Of a stretch of DNA of 64,000 bases, positions 44,882 to 54,457 are shown one piece after another. The translations under genes and the position numbers were made by a program. This DNA comes from a virus. The stretch is taken from the IMG/VR virus record IMGVR_UViG_3300011115_000844, positions 1 through 64,000 of that record; one strand, 5' to 3'. The stretch's first letter is position 1. Each line of letters starts with the position of its first letter. The notes beneath the pieces are model-generated. The model was not told where the DNA came from and made no database searches. It saw nothing but the letters and a program-made list of their open reading frames with translations.

Positions 44882-47722
44882 CTAACTTTTTTTTTTACCC
44901 ATATACTTACTTCTCATTGCTCCTGCAATTCTTTTTGCTGAATCTACGGCTTCTTTTTTATCGTATGTTTTACCATAGTCTTTTTGAACACTTGGAGAAA
45001 CTTTTTTACGTTTTAATAAACTTTGAGAAATTGATTTTACCTTATCATTGAAAGTGGTTGTACCACCTTCTCCTTTACTAATAATATATTTCTTATCATA
45101 TACCCCACCATTTTTACCACCACCACTTACCATAGTAGCATATTCATTTTTAACTTTCATTCTAAATGAATCAGCCATGTTTGGCAATTTAATAGTTACA
45201 GTTTTTCCAACGTATGTATTTTCAGATGTTTCAAATTCGTTTCTTTCTTTGTTTGTTATTATTCTTTTATAATCTTGGTTTAATTCTTTCATAGAAGAAT
45301 ACCCACCTTCATAAATTCCACCACCCTTACCAAATTTCGGGAACATTTTATATGTATCATGTTTTTCTAAATGTCCATATTTGCTAAATGTTTCCTTTGA
45401 CAAATGAATTGCTTTAATTCCATTTTGTTTTTCTAAACTATCGTATTTTTCTTCGGCTTCTGATTTACTATCAAATACTAAATCATTTACCTTATTACCA
45501 TCATCCCAAATTATGTGATAATAAGTTTTATTTTTTCTTTCGCTAATACTTGGAAAATCAGTCATGCCACCCTTCGCCATTTTGCCACCAAAAACTTTAT
45601 CAATGTTTGAAGCAAGTTTTTGTTCTCCATTCATTTGAGCAACATATTTAAACGCCATAGCAATGCCATATCCATCATACCCCGATTTTTGAGAAACATC
45701 AATACCTAATTCTCTTACATTATCATCAGCATCATAGTACTTAGACGAGTAAACTGAATTATCTCTCCATTCAGAATATTGAGGCGAACCAAATTCGGGA
45801 ACGCTTGACTTATCAGCGTATGGGTCTTTTGCCCATTCGGGTCTTTTCTCCAATATGCTTATAAATTGTCTTACTTCGGAATGGCTATTAGCATCAGTCA
45901 AACCTTCAACGAGTGCTTGTGCCAAAGCAATTGAATAATCATAACCTAAATCTTTTCTTGTTACACCTAATTCATTTGCTCTTTTTTGTGCGTATAAGTT
46001 CAAATCCCTATTAGTCATGCCACCGTCAGCAAACTTTTTGTAATGAGGATTTTTTGGTCTTGTTTTTCTTTTATAATCTTGCTCCCAACTTTGTTGCGAC
46101 TTAAACATTCTATCCCTACTTAAATTCGTTTCGCCACCATCAGCATATTGCCCCATCATTGTATGCACTTTAAACGCACCTTGCACATCTTCGTTCAAAT
46201 CTTGAAACTCTTGATTAGCAATTCCTACTATTTCGCTTTCCTTAACCCCTAATTCGTTAAAATGGTCAATCATGAAGTGTATTCTTTGGTCTTCAGATAA
46301 ACTGTTCCAAATGTCCTCTGTTGTTCTCCCACGATAGTTATTTGGAATACTACCACCTTTAGCCATTTTATCGGAAATAATCTCAATTTTATCAAATGAT
46401 TTTTTTTGTATTCTATAATTACTGCCTTGTATTTCTTTAGGAAAATCCCCATGAAAAACTAAATCGTCATAGGACTTTCCAACTGATGATTTTATTTTAC
46501 TCCCATTTTTCATAGTAACTAATAAATTCTTATTAGTTCTATTCAAATAATCCATCATATCGTAATCAATATCTTCAACTTTTATTATTCCTGCATTTGG
46601 AAATCCACCATTAGCAAGTTTTACTGCCATTTCATTAGGTGTGCTATCAGCATTCGCTAAGTAATTTTCGCCACTATCATTTTTTATAATTTGCAATTCT
46701 CCACCATCAGCAAATTTTTCTTCTCCATTTTCGTATGTTGCTATAACTTTAAAATACTTCTCCCAACCTTTTTCTTTAAAGTATTCTAAATCTTCTTCTT
46801 GACCCCAAGTAATTCTTTCTGATAATGATGCTACTTTCCTTCCACTATCTTTATTAAATTCATAATCAAAAACATAAGTTTTAGTTTTATTCCTTTTTGA
46901 AGAATCTTTAGCATCTTTTTTCACTTCCTCAATTCTATCTTTTATTTCGCCACCATCAGCAAATTTATTTGCCATATCGTACTCTTCCTTAGATATTTCA
47001 ATAGCGTTTGGAGGTGTTGGAGAAGCAATATTTTTTACTAAATAAGTGTAATAGGTGTTACCCTCTTTATCAACTTCTTTTATTTTATAGTAATCATTTC
47101 TTAGAACACCACCGTTTGCATACGAAGGGTACATATTCAATTCATATCTACCACTATCCATTCTGTATATCTGAATATTAGCAACGCCTTCTTTAGATTT
47201 ACCTTGCAATTGTATTGGTCTTGTTATCCTTGCAGTTTCTCCATACCCAATACCACCAACAGTTACATCGGGGAAATAATTATCAGAAGTAAACAAATAT
47301 CCTTCATTATGGAAAAAATCTTCTACTTCTTCTAACGCTTGTGCAAGTGTATCATGGTAAATTTTATAGCCATGAACCTTACCACCCTTTGCAAAGGTTT
47401 CGCCTTGATTTAATCTACTCAATAACTCACTTGCATTTATTGGTTGAAAATAAATATCCCTTTCAAGATTTAACCCGAATGGAGGCACTTTCATCATCTC
47501 TAAACTTTCCCTGCTTACAGAACCTACTTCTATTTCAAACAAGTTCACAATTGCCCAAATATAATCGGGGTCGCTTGGGTCTGAATTAAGCAAGTAAAAA
47601 GTTCCATTACCATAAGGATTAAATATTTTAGCTACAACCATTTGATTTTTAAGGTCATTGCCTAATTTATATTGACTAAATAATTTGTTGTCAATTTCTT
47701 TTGTAAATAATTTTTGACGCAT
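44882..47722 (-). CDS. Polyvalent protein: N-terminal DUF2958-like domain plus ~10 modules separated by [FYM]AxGG motifs
   Basis: AKIFNPYG..TFYL...LERD.YF; repeated FADGG/MAKGG/YANGG. Confidence 0.75.
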   Translation of the reverse strand: MRQKLFTKEIDNKLFSQYKLGNDLKNQMVVAKIFNPYGNGTFYLLNSDPSDPDYIWAIVNLFEIEVGSVSRESLEMMKVPPFGLNLERDIYFQPINASELLSRLNQGETFAKGGKVHGYKIYHDTLAQALEEVEDFFHNEGYLFTSDNYFPDVTVGGIGYGETARITRPIQLQGKSKEGVANIQIYRMDSGRYELNMYPSYANGGVLRNDYYKIKEVDKEGNTYYTYLVKNIASPTPPNAIEISKEEYDMANKFADGGEIKDRIEEVKKDAKDSSKRNKTKTYVFDYEFNKDSGRKVASLSERITWGQEEDLEYFKEKGWEKYFKVIATYENGEEKFADGGELQIIKNDSGENYLANADSTPNEMAVKLANGGFPNAGIIKVEDIDYDMMDYLNRTNKNLLVTMKNGSKIKSSVGKSYDDLVFHGDFPKEIQGSNYRIQKKSFDKIEIISDKMAKGGSIPNNYRGRTTEDIWNSLSEDQRIHFMIDHFNELGVKESEIVGIANQEFQDLNEDVQGAFKVHTMMGQYADGGETNLSRDRMFKSQQSWEQDYKRKTRPKNPHYKKFADGGMTNRDLNLYAQKRANELGVTRKDLGYDYSIALAQALVEGLTDANSHSEVRQFISILEKRPEWAKDPYADKSSVPEFGSPQYSEWRDNSVYSSKYYDADDNVRELGIDVSQKSGYDGYGIAMAFKYVAQMNGEQKLASNIDKVFGGKMAKGGMTDFPSISERKNKTYYHIIWDDGNKVNDLVFDSKSEAEEKYDSLEKQNGIKAIHLSKETFSKYGHLEKHDTYKMFPKFGKGGGIYEGGYSSMKELNQDYKRIITNKERNEFETSENTYVGKTVTIKLPNMADSFRMKVKNEYATMVSGGGKNGGVYDKKYIISKGEGGTTTFNDKVKSISQSLLKRKKVSPSVQKDYGKTYDKKEAVDSAKRIAGAMRSKYMGKKKS

Positions 47723-47725
47723 TTT

Positions 47726-48271
47726 TTAATTTTTATATTGAAACGTATGTTCTCTAACTGATTTTTGCCTTCCCATGATTGTATTGCGAATATCCGAAGA
47801 TGTGCAATTCAAATGTTTTGATGCTTTTGCTATTGATTTAAATTCATAAATAAAATTGCCATTTTTATCAAACATTAAAACAACTTTTTCATTATTAATA
47901 CTTGGCAATTTTAAACCAATTTTAAAAGCGTGTTTTTGATTTTCTGAATTAGTTGACCATTCTAAATTTATTTCAGAATTATCATTTTTAACTCCGTTAA
48001 TATGATTTACTTGTGGTTTATTTTCTTCATTATTAATAAAAGAAGACGCAACTAATCTATGCACTTTATATATTTTACCTTTACCATTTTTATACAAATC
48101 AACAACAACATATCCGTTTTTGTCCGAAGCCAAAGACCTAATTTTTTCTTTTAGTAATCTTTCCCCACCTTTTGAGTGCTTGACATATTTACCACAACTC
48201 TTTACCCTGCCTAAATTACTTACTTGGTAAAGTCCTTCATAGTTAACTACATCTTTCCAAACTTCGAGCAT
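47726..48271 (-). mobile_element. NUMOD4-HNH homing endonuclease
   Basis: EVWKDV..YEGLYQVSNLGRVKS; VHRLVA; VNHING.K.DN...NLEW. Confidence 0.92.
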
Positions 48272-48298
48272 ATTTTAATTTTTATTTTTTATTACATT

Positions 48299-49264
48299 TT
48301 AGATTGCTTCTTTTCTTGTACCTTTTGAAAGGTTTACATAAGCGTATTTGCCATCGTTCATTACTCTAATAGAACTTGAATCTATATCTGAAACATCAAT
48401 TATCTTATCCCCTACTTTCAATCCATGTTCAGTCATACCACCTTTAGCATACATACCACCTTCGCTTCTATGCGTTTCTCCACCATTGGCAAACATTGGG
48501 TTTGTAATATCCATTTGTGGTGTTAAATCAACATTTGAAAATGCAGTACCACCTACGTTTTGTAAACCTGCACCACTTGTATCAGAAAGTAAATCTATTG
48601 CACCACCATCAGCAAATTTTATACCTTCTTTGCTCATTTCTTTTCTTGCTTTAGCAATTAGTTTCAAATGCAATTCTTGTCTTTTTTTACCGTTTTCAGT
48701 TGATAAAAAACCTTCTTTGTCATGTAATTGCAATATTCTTTTTGCTTCTTTTAACTCACTTTCAGTTCCAAAATGCTTAGCCAACAAAACTACATTTTCG
48801 CTATGTGCATTTTCATCTTCATTTTCTAAATATTGGCTTTTTATTTTAGAATATGTCATGCCACCCTTTGCCATCATACCACCATCTTCTAATCTTGGGT
48901 ATTTTCTTGGAGGTTGTTTTCTATCGGTACGGTTTTCACGATATTCGTAGTAAGTGTTACCTTCTGCCGAAGTACGTCTGCCAATAGGTTTTGCAGGTCT
49001 TTGTGCATCTTGATAAATGTCTGATTTACCAAACGGTCTTGACTTGCTATATTTTCTTTTTATTTCTTTTGAAATTTCTTTAGCTTTTGAAACCTTTGAT
49101 GTAGTTGCTTTTGGTTTTTCTTTTGCTTTTATATCAGCAATATCTTTTTTGAATTTATTTACCAATAAACGTGCTTTTGCCTTTGCAGGTGGTTTAGTAG
49201 CTTTACTGTTAATACCTTTTTCTAATTTAGCAATTTTTTCTTGTAATTCTTTTATTGTTGCCAT
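48299..49264 (-). CDS. Basic modular protein with [FYM]AxGG motifs
   Basis: LEDGG, MAKGG, FADGG, FANGG, YAKGG; YYEYRENRTD module. Confidence 0.7.
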   Translation of the reverse strand: MATIKELQEKIAKLEKGINSKATKPPAKAKARLLVNKFKKDIADIKAKEKPKATTSKVSKAKEISKEIKRKYSKSRPFGKSDIYQDAQRPAKPIGRRTSAEGNTYYEYRENRTDRKQPPRKYPRLEDGGMMAKGGMTYSKIKSQYLENEDENAHSENVVLLAKHFGTESELKEAKRILQLHDKEGFLSTENGKKRQELHLKLIAKARKEMSKEGIKFADGGAIDLLSDTSGAGLQNVGGTAFSNVDLTPQMDITNPMFANGGETHRSEGGMYAKGGMTEHGLKVGDKIIDVSDIDSSSIRVMNDGKYAYVNLSKGTRKEAI

Positions 49265-49282
49265 TGTGTTTTTTTTATAAAA

Positions 49283-50374
49283 TTATGAATAATATCTGTT
49301 ATATAGTGAACGTAAATCTTGTAAATCTTTAATACCATCTTCATCACCTATTTCTGCCATAATCTCTGCCGAAGCAATCGCATCTTCTAATTCCTCTTTT
49401 GTAAATGGAGGTTTGTGTTCATGTTGTGAAGGCGTTGGTGGTTCGGGTGGTGTTGGAGGTGTTGGAGGTTCGGGAGGTGTTGGAGGTTCGGGTTTTGGTG
49501 TACGAGGTTTGCGTTGTGGTGGTTGTGGTGTTGGTGGTTGTGGCGTTTGAGGTTGTGGTGTTGGTGGTAATGCGTGAACATCATTTTGTGGCAATGTTTG
49601 TTGCTCCAATTTAACATTCATGTTACCATAAAGACCTAAATTTTGTGTCCTCAAAAAATCCATCAATTGTCGCATCCACGTTACAATTAATTCAGCCAAT
49701 TGTTCTTTTTGGTTTGAATCAACACTTTCACTATAAATTTCTTGCGAACCTTCAATTATCGCAACAAATTCCTTTATGTCTTCGGGAAAATTATCTGATA
49801 CTTGTTGTGGTACTTGCAAGTAATTTAAAACCTTACTACTGTTACCCGTAAATGTTGGTGCAGGTACTTGTTGTGTGGGCATTTGTGGTAACGCTTTATT
49901 TTCCAACCAACCTATATCCATGAGCATTGGTACTATGTTTTCCTTTCTTGTTTTATTTAAGAAAAACTTTGTGCCATCTGAAAACCCTATCATTGTATCA
50001 GTCAATTCGGTTATTTCTAAATTTGAATAACCACCCCCACTTGCATCTTTTACATTTAACGTATCACCAATAACTGCAAAATCAACTAACTCCCAACTTT
50101 GCCCATTTTCTAATTGAAATAATATTGTTTTATCGCCTTTTTTCCTATCTCTATCTTTATCGTCTTGTTCAAGTCCATTTGGAAACCAAAGATTCAAACT
50201 ATCATAACCAACAATTTTTGAAACAGTAAATAAAGTGCTTGACCCATCGTTTAATTTAGTATCAAAAAGTATGAAAGCGTATTTACCAAGATACGATTCA
50301 GCCAAATCCTCTAAATCTTGTTTAGAAAGCGAATTTATTTTGTCTTGTAATATCCTATTTACTTTATTTTCCAT
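49283..50374 (-). CDS. Hypothetical protein with Pro-rich linker and acidic C-terminal helix
   Basis: PPTP/PEPP repeats. Confidence 0.7.
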   Translation of the reverse strand: MENKVNRILQDKINSLSKQDLEDLAESYLGKYAFILFDTKLNDGSSTLFTVSKIVGYDSLNLWFPNGLEQDDKDRDRKKGDKTILFQLENGQSWELVDFAVIGDTLNVKDASGGGYSNLEITELTDTMIGFSDGTKFFLNKTRKENIVPMLMDIGWLENKALPQMPTQQVPAPTFTGNSSKVLNYLQVPQQVSDNFPEDIKEFVAIIEGSQEIYSESVDSNQKEQLAELIVTWMRQLMDFLRTQNLGLYGNMNVKLEQQTLPQNDVHALPPTPQPQTPQPPTPQPPQRKPRTPKPEPPTPPEPPTPPTPPEPPTPSQHEHKPPFTKEELEDAIASAEIMAEIGDEDGIKDLQDLRSLYNRYYS

Positions 50375-50687
50375 TCCAATTAAATTTAGTTAGTCCTTGT
50401 ATGTACGTTAATATTTCATTACTGTTTCTAAACACTTCTGTCATCATGTCCATTTCGTAAAAGTTTCCATTAGGTTCAACAAAAAAGTTTTTTGTTTCAG
50501 TAACGGGAACGAAATTATCATTATAACCTTCAATAATTGTAGATACAATAACTATGTTTTTATCTTCGATATTATTCTCATTTCTAAGCACAATAAATTC
50601 GCAATAATCATCAGTTGCAAATTGGTCGCAATTCTTTTTATTTTGCTCAAAAAATGATTTAATAATTTGTAATTGTTCTTTTGTCAT
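50364..50687 (-). CDS. Hypothetical protein
   Basis: Overlapping operon ORF. Confidence 0.65.
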   Translation of the reverse strand: MTKEQLQIIKSFFEQNKKNCDQFATDDYCEFIVLRNENNIEDKNIVIVSTIIEGYNDNFVPVTETKNFFVEPNGNFYEMDMMTEVFRNSNEILTYIQGLTKFNWNGK

Positions 50688-51982
50688 AAAGTAGATATTT
50701 GATTGATAACTGTATTATAACTATCTAATGCTTCATTTTCAGTCATTGCAGGTGGCAAAACTATTTTACTATTTGATATTTGCGAAGCCAACCTATCGCT
50801 TTCACTACTTTGTTTAGAAAGATACTCTATGTAAGTGCTTTTAATATCGGAAATATTAGTATTAACACTACCTATACTACTTGTAAAATCACTTTGACTT
50901 GTATAACCTGCATCATACAAACTTGCATAAAATGTTCTAAACATTTGTACTCTAAAAAATCGCATATCACTTACCAATAAAGAAAGTTGGTTTTTGTCCA
51001 ATGGTTGATTTTCATTTTTTATGTTTACAAAATCATAAATAAATTTTCCATTAACCTTTAAACCGTAACAAGCAATTACTCTATAATCTACATTCGCTTG
51101 TGTTAATCTTTCACAAATTGAAGCCATTGCAATACTATTCCAAAAAGATTCATTACTTGTTTCGCCCCATGAATAAGAAACGGGTATAATAATATCAACT
51201 CTTGGTAGAGAACTTTCTATTTTTGGAATATTGATAAAACACTTTTTAAAAGTAGTTGCAAACTTATCTTTTCCATTTTTATCTTTTGCTTGTTTTCTTT
51301 CTACTTCGTGTCTTTTAATTTCCAATTTTTCGGGGTAATACAAAATAATTATTTTGTCTTCTCCTTCCTCTTGTAATAATTCGTTCTTATCAACATTTCT
51401 TTTTAAAACATCGCTATAATAACCACCCTTACTGCCAACATATTCTATTTCATGTTTTGGAATATAAGGATTGCCAACATAGTAATAAATCTTTTTACCA
51501 TCAGATACAGTTTCGCTTTTTACAAGATTAGGAGAAACCAATTCATTTAATAAAGGCGAATAATATTCATATACACGAATTAAACCTAACGAAGCCAAAT
51601 CAAAAGAAAAAATACCAATTTCCTTTTCAGTAAATTCAATTTTCTTTACTTGGTCTATATCATTAAAATCGTATTTACTTGCTCTTGTTGTTAGTTTTGT
51701 TGATTCCGATTCAACATCGTTTATTTTGGTATATCTATCTAAATTTTGATTTACAAAATCAGAAGACAATGTTCCATATTTTTCTTCACCATCACTATCA
51801 ATTGACCTTTGTACTGTTTGTTGTAAACGTGATTTATCCCAATACCCTCTTGCAGTATTATATTGCGTTGAAGTAGTTGGCACTTTGCTAACTACTTCAT
51901 CGGTAAAATCCTCTACATCTTTTATTGAATCAAAATAAAAGACAGTTTTATTGGGTGATAATTTTAGTTTTTTATACGCCAT
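50684..51982 (-). CDS. Putative VWA-like partner of the MoxR ATPase
   Basis: Directly downstream of the AAA+ gene; VDIII..SYS strand followed by ICERL..ANVDYRV helix-strand. Confidence 0.5.
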   Translation of the reverse strand: MAYKKLKLSPNKTVFYFDSIKDVEDFTDEVVSKVPTTSTQYNTARGYWDKSRLQQTVQRSIDSDGEEKYGTLSSDFVNQNLDRYTKINDVESESTKLTTRASKYDFNDIDQVKKIEFTEKEIGIFSFDLASLGLIRVYEYYSPLLNELVSPNLVKSETVSDGKKIYYYVGNPYIPKHEIEYVGSKGGYYSDVLKRNVDKNELLQEEGEDKIIILYYPEKLEIKRHEVERKQAKDKNGKDKFATTFKKCFINIPKIESSLPRVDIIIPVSYSWGETSNESFWNSIAMASICERLTQANVDYRVIACYGLKVNGKFIYDFVNIKNENQPLDKNQLSLLVSDMRFFRVQMFRTFYASLYDAGYTSQSDFTSSIGSVNTNISDIKSTYIEYLSKQSSESDRLASQISNSKIVLPPAMTENEALDSYNTVINQISTL

Positions 51983-51985
51983 TTA

Positions 51986-54457
51986 TTATGGTTCTATTTT
52001 TTCAGCAACAAAGAAATCTGAATATTTTTTAAATATTGAAGAAACACTATTGGCAACACTATCATTCAAGGTTGATACCATATTGCCGTTTATAATTTCT
52101 TTAATTGTTTCATCAACCTTTGATTTTATAAACGCAGGTGTAAATTTACTTTTGGTAATAATTATATCAACCGTTGTTTTATCAAATGCTACTAAAAAGC
52201 TATCAAACGCTTTTTGTAAAGTTTTACCTTTATTTATTCCAACATCTTTACCTTCACTTTTAGCTATTGCTCTTACTAATTCAATTTCAAATGCAACTCT
52301 AAAAGAAACCAATGTACGATAAGACACTACTGCAAGGTCATCAAGTGACAAATCTTTCAAAATTGTTCTAAGTCCTTTTGCTTCGGGTGGTGTTTGATTA
52401 TTTTTTATTGCTTCGGTATATTCATAATAGTTACCTACCAACATTTCGTAAAGAAATTTAAACCTTGAAGTCAATTCATCAATTGGTTTGCTATACTCTA
52501 CTTTATAAACGCTACCCGAAAATCTATCTAATAAAGATAAATCTTGCTGATTATTTGCCTTATATTTTTTTGGTGGTGCAGTATTTGGATAAATGTTACC
52601 CGTACCAATCAAAGCAAAATTTTCATTTCTTGGTATTGGTGCTTCTTCGGGATTTGTGCTACTAATCATAGCATTCTTTGATTCCCTTGTTTTAGAAGAT
52701 TTAGCAAGTGCATCATTAAATAAACCTGCCGTATTAGGGTCAAGACGAGGCATTTCATCAAGAATTAAAATTTTACCATCCCTCCACGCATTGATTAATT
52801 TACCTTCTTTATAACCTTCAATCGTTTGCCCACCTAAAATTTCAGTTGGCGAAGTATATTGTGAACAGTTAATAATTAAATATTCTCTTTTTAATTTTTT
52901 TGCAACTTCTTCTGCCGTATATGTATTGTGTGTTACAATATAATCATCTGTAATGTAAAGATGTGTTGGGTTAGTTACCGATATACATCTTGTTTCTAAT
53001 TCTCCAACATATTCAACCTTGTCAATAAATCTTTTAATACCGTATTTTGTTGGTTTTTTATATCTATCCTTTTTATAAGTAAGTTTAAATGGTTGTATTT
53101 CATCAGGGAAAACACAAAAAATTCTATATGCAGTATGTCCTTCTTTTTTTACTCCATTATAGTTATAGTATGGTGTTTTTTCTGTTTTTTTAGCCGTTCC
53201 ACCTAAACTTCTAACTAATTCACAATAATCATTTGCTAAACATTCGCTTGAAGTACAAAATTCAAAATGAGTATTATCGCTATAAGCATCTGTATCATTT
53301 AAACCTTGTAATAAAGCAATTCTATTTTCAATGCTATCGTATAAATACTCTTCGGGAATAAATTTATGAATAGATTTTTTGCCATGCAATTTAAGTCGAA
53401 TCAATTCCTCTTTTAATGGATTTGGTAAAGACATATTCGTTCTTACTAAGCCATAAGTTAAGCATCTATTTTCGCTTTCTCTTTCAACTAACTCAATACC
53501 TTCGGGTAATACAAGCGAATCAAATAATTCTTTACTTGGATTGCAAATTGATAATGATGTTTGACTTATACTTCCATCTCCTAAAATAACACCCAAAGTG
53601 TATGGATTTATTTTATGTGAAATGCTATCAAATTCAATTGCTTTGTTTATATCAATATAAGCATTTGCATTATTATCGCCTATTTTGATTTTATTCATAA
53701 ATTCTTTTAATGGTAACACTCTACCATCATTACCTTTACCTCTGTCGTTCCTTGTATAAATTTTCCATAAATGTTCATCACAAGTATCAACAAAGCCACC
53801 ATCGTTCATAAAAACTCTATAAACAGATTTTTCGCCTCTATCAAAAACTCCATTTATTTCGTAAAGTTTACCATCTTCACCAAAAACTTTATCGCCTTCT
53901 TTTACATCGGCAAATGTAATCCAACCTTTATCAGATAAAACTTTTGTGTATAATGGACTTGCTTTACCACCACCTGCTTCTCCAATTAAATAAACATTAT
54001 TACCTGCCAATACATCGTCAATAACTTCAAAGAAATATGGAATTTCCGAATCTCTTTTACTTACTTCTATTTTAAACCCACCAAAATTAGGAAGTTCAAG
54101 AATAACCTTTTGGTTTGCTTTAATAAACTCCATTACATCATTATCTAATTCCGTAAGGTTAACCTTATCAGTAACTAAGTAATCTTCAATAATTTTTCTA
54201 ACTTGAACGCTATCTACACCACTACCTTGCCCACCCATCATTGTTGCTCTTAAAGTTGCTAATGCAGTTTGAGAATAACTTGTAGGTGTTGCAGGTTGAT
54301 TAGGTGTAGGCATTGGTGTTGGGTCAACTTGTGCTAATTCTATTTCTAACTTATCAATAGTTTCTTGGACTAATTTTTTTGCATTGACATCTGTAATGGT
54401 GTTCAATGCTTCCCTTAGTGTTACCAATTCATCTAATATTTCTTCTTTTCTTGTCAT
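51986..54457 (-). CDS. MoxR/CobS-like AAA+ ATPase containing an intein
   Basis: Walker A GEAGGGK|T split by the intein; LILDE Walker B; LLDRF arginine finger. Confidence 0.88.
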   Translation of the reverse strand: MTRKEEILDELVTLREALNTITDVNAKKLVQETIDKLEIELAQVDPTPMPTPNQPATPTSYSQTALATLRATMMGGQGSGVDSVQVRKIIEDYLVTDKVNLTELDNDVMEFIKANQKVILELPNFGGFKIEVSKRDSEIPYFFEVIDDVLAGNNVYLIGEAGGGKASPLYTKVLSDKGWITFADVKEGDKVFGEDGKLYEINGVFDRGEKSVYRVFMNDGGFVDTCDEHLWKIYTRNDRGKGNDGRVLPLKEFMNKIKIGDNNANAYIDINKAIEFDSISHKINPYTLGVILGDGSISQTSLSICNPSKELFDSLVLPEGIELVERESENRCLTYGLVRTNMSLPNPLKEELIRLKLHGKKSIHKFIPEEYLYDSIENRIALLQGLNDTDAYSDNTHFEFCTSSECLANDYCELVRSLGGTAKKTEKTPYYNYNGVKKEGHTAYRIFCVFPDEIQPFKLTYKKDRYKKPTKYGIKRFIDKVEYVGELETRCISVTNPTHLYITDDYIVTHNTYTAEEVAKKLKREYLIINCSQYTSPTEILGGQTIEGYKEGKLINAWRDGKILILDEMPRLDPNTAGLFNDALAKSSKTRESKNAMISSTNPEEAPIPRNENFALIGTGNIYPNTAPPKKYKANNQQDLSLLDRFSGSVYKVEYSKPIDELTSRFKFLYEMLVGNYYEYTEAIKNNQTPPEAKGLRTILKDLSLDDLAVVSYRTLVSFRVAFEIELVRAIAKSEGKDVGINKGKTLQKAFDSFLVAFDKTTVDIIITKSKFTPAFIKSKVDETIKEIINGNMVSTLNDSVANSVSSIFKKYSDFFVAEKIEP
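52925..53962 (-). mobile_element. Class 3 (Ala1) intein with LAGLIDADG endonuclease, 346 aa
   Basis: Starts ASPLYT and ends VTHN|T; TCDEHLW (block B Trp), RCISV (block F Cys), THN (block G Thr); LGVILGDG and LQGLNDTDA motifs. Confidence 0.9.
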
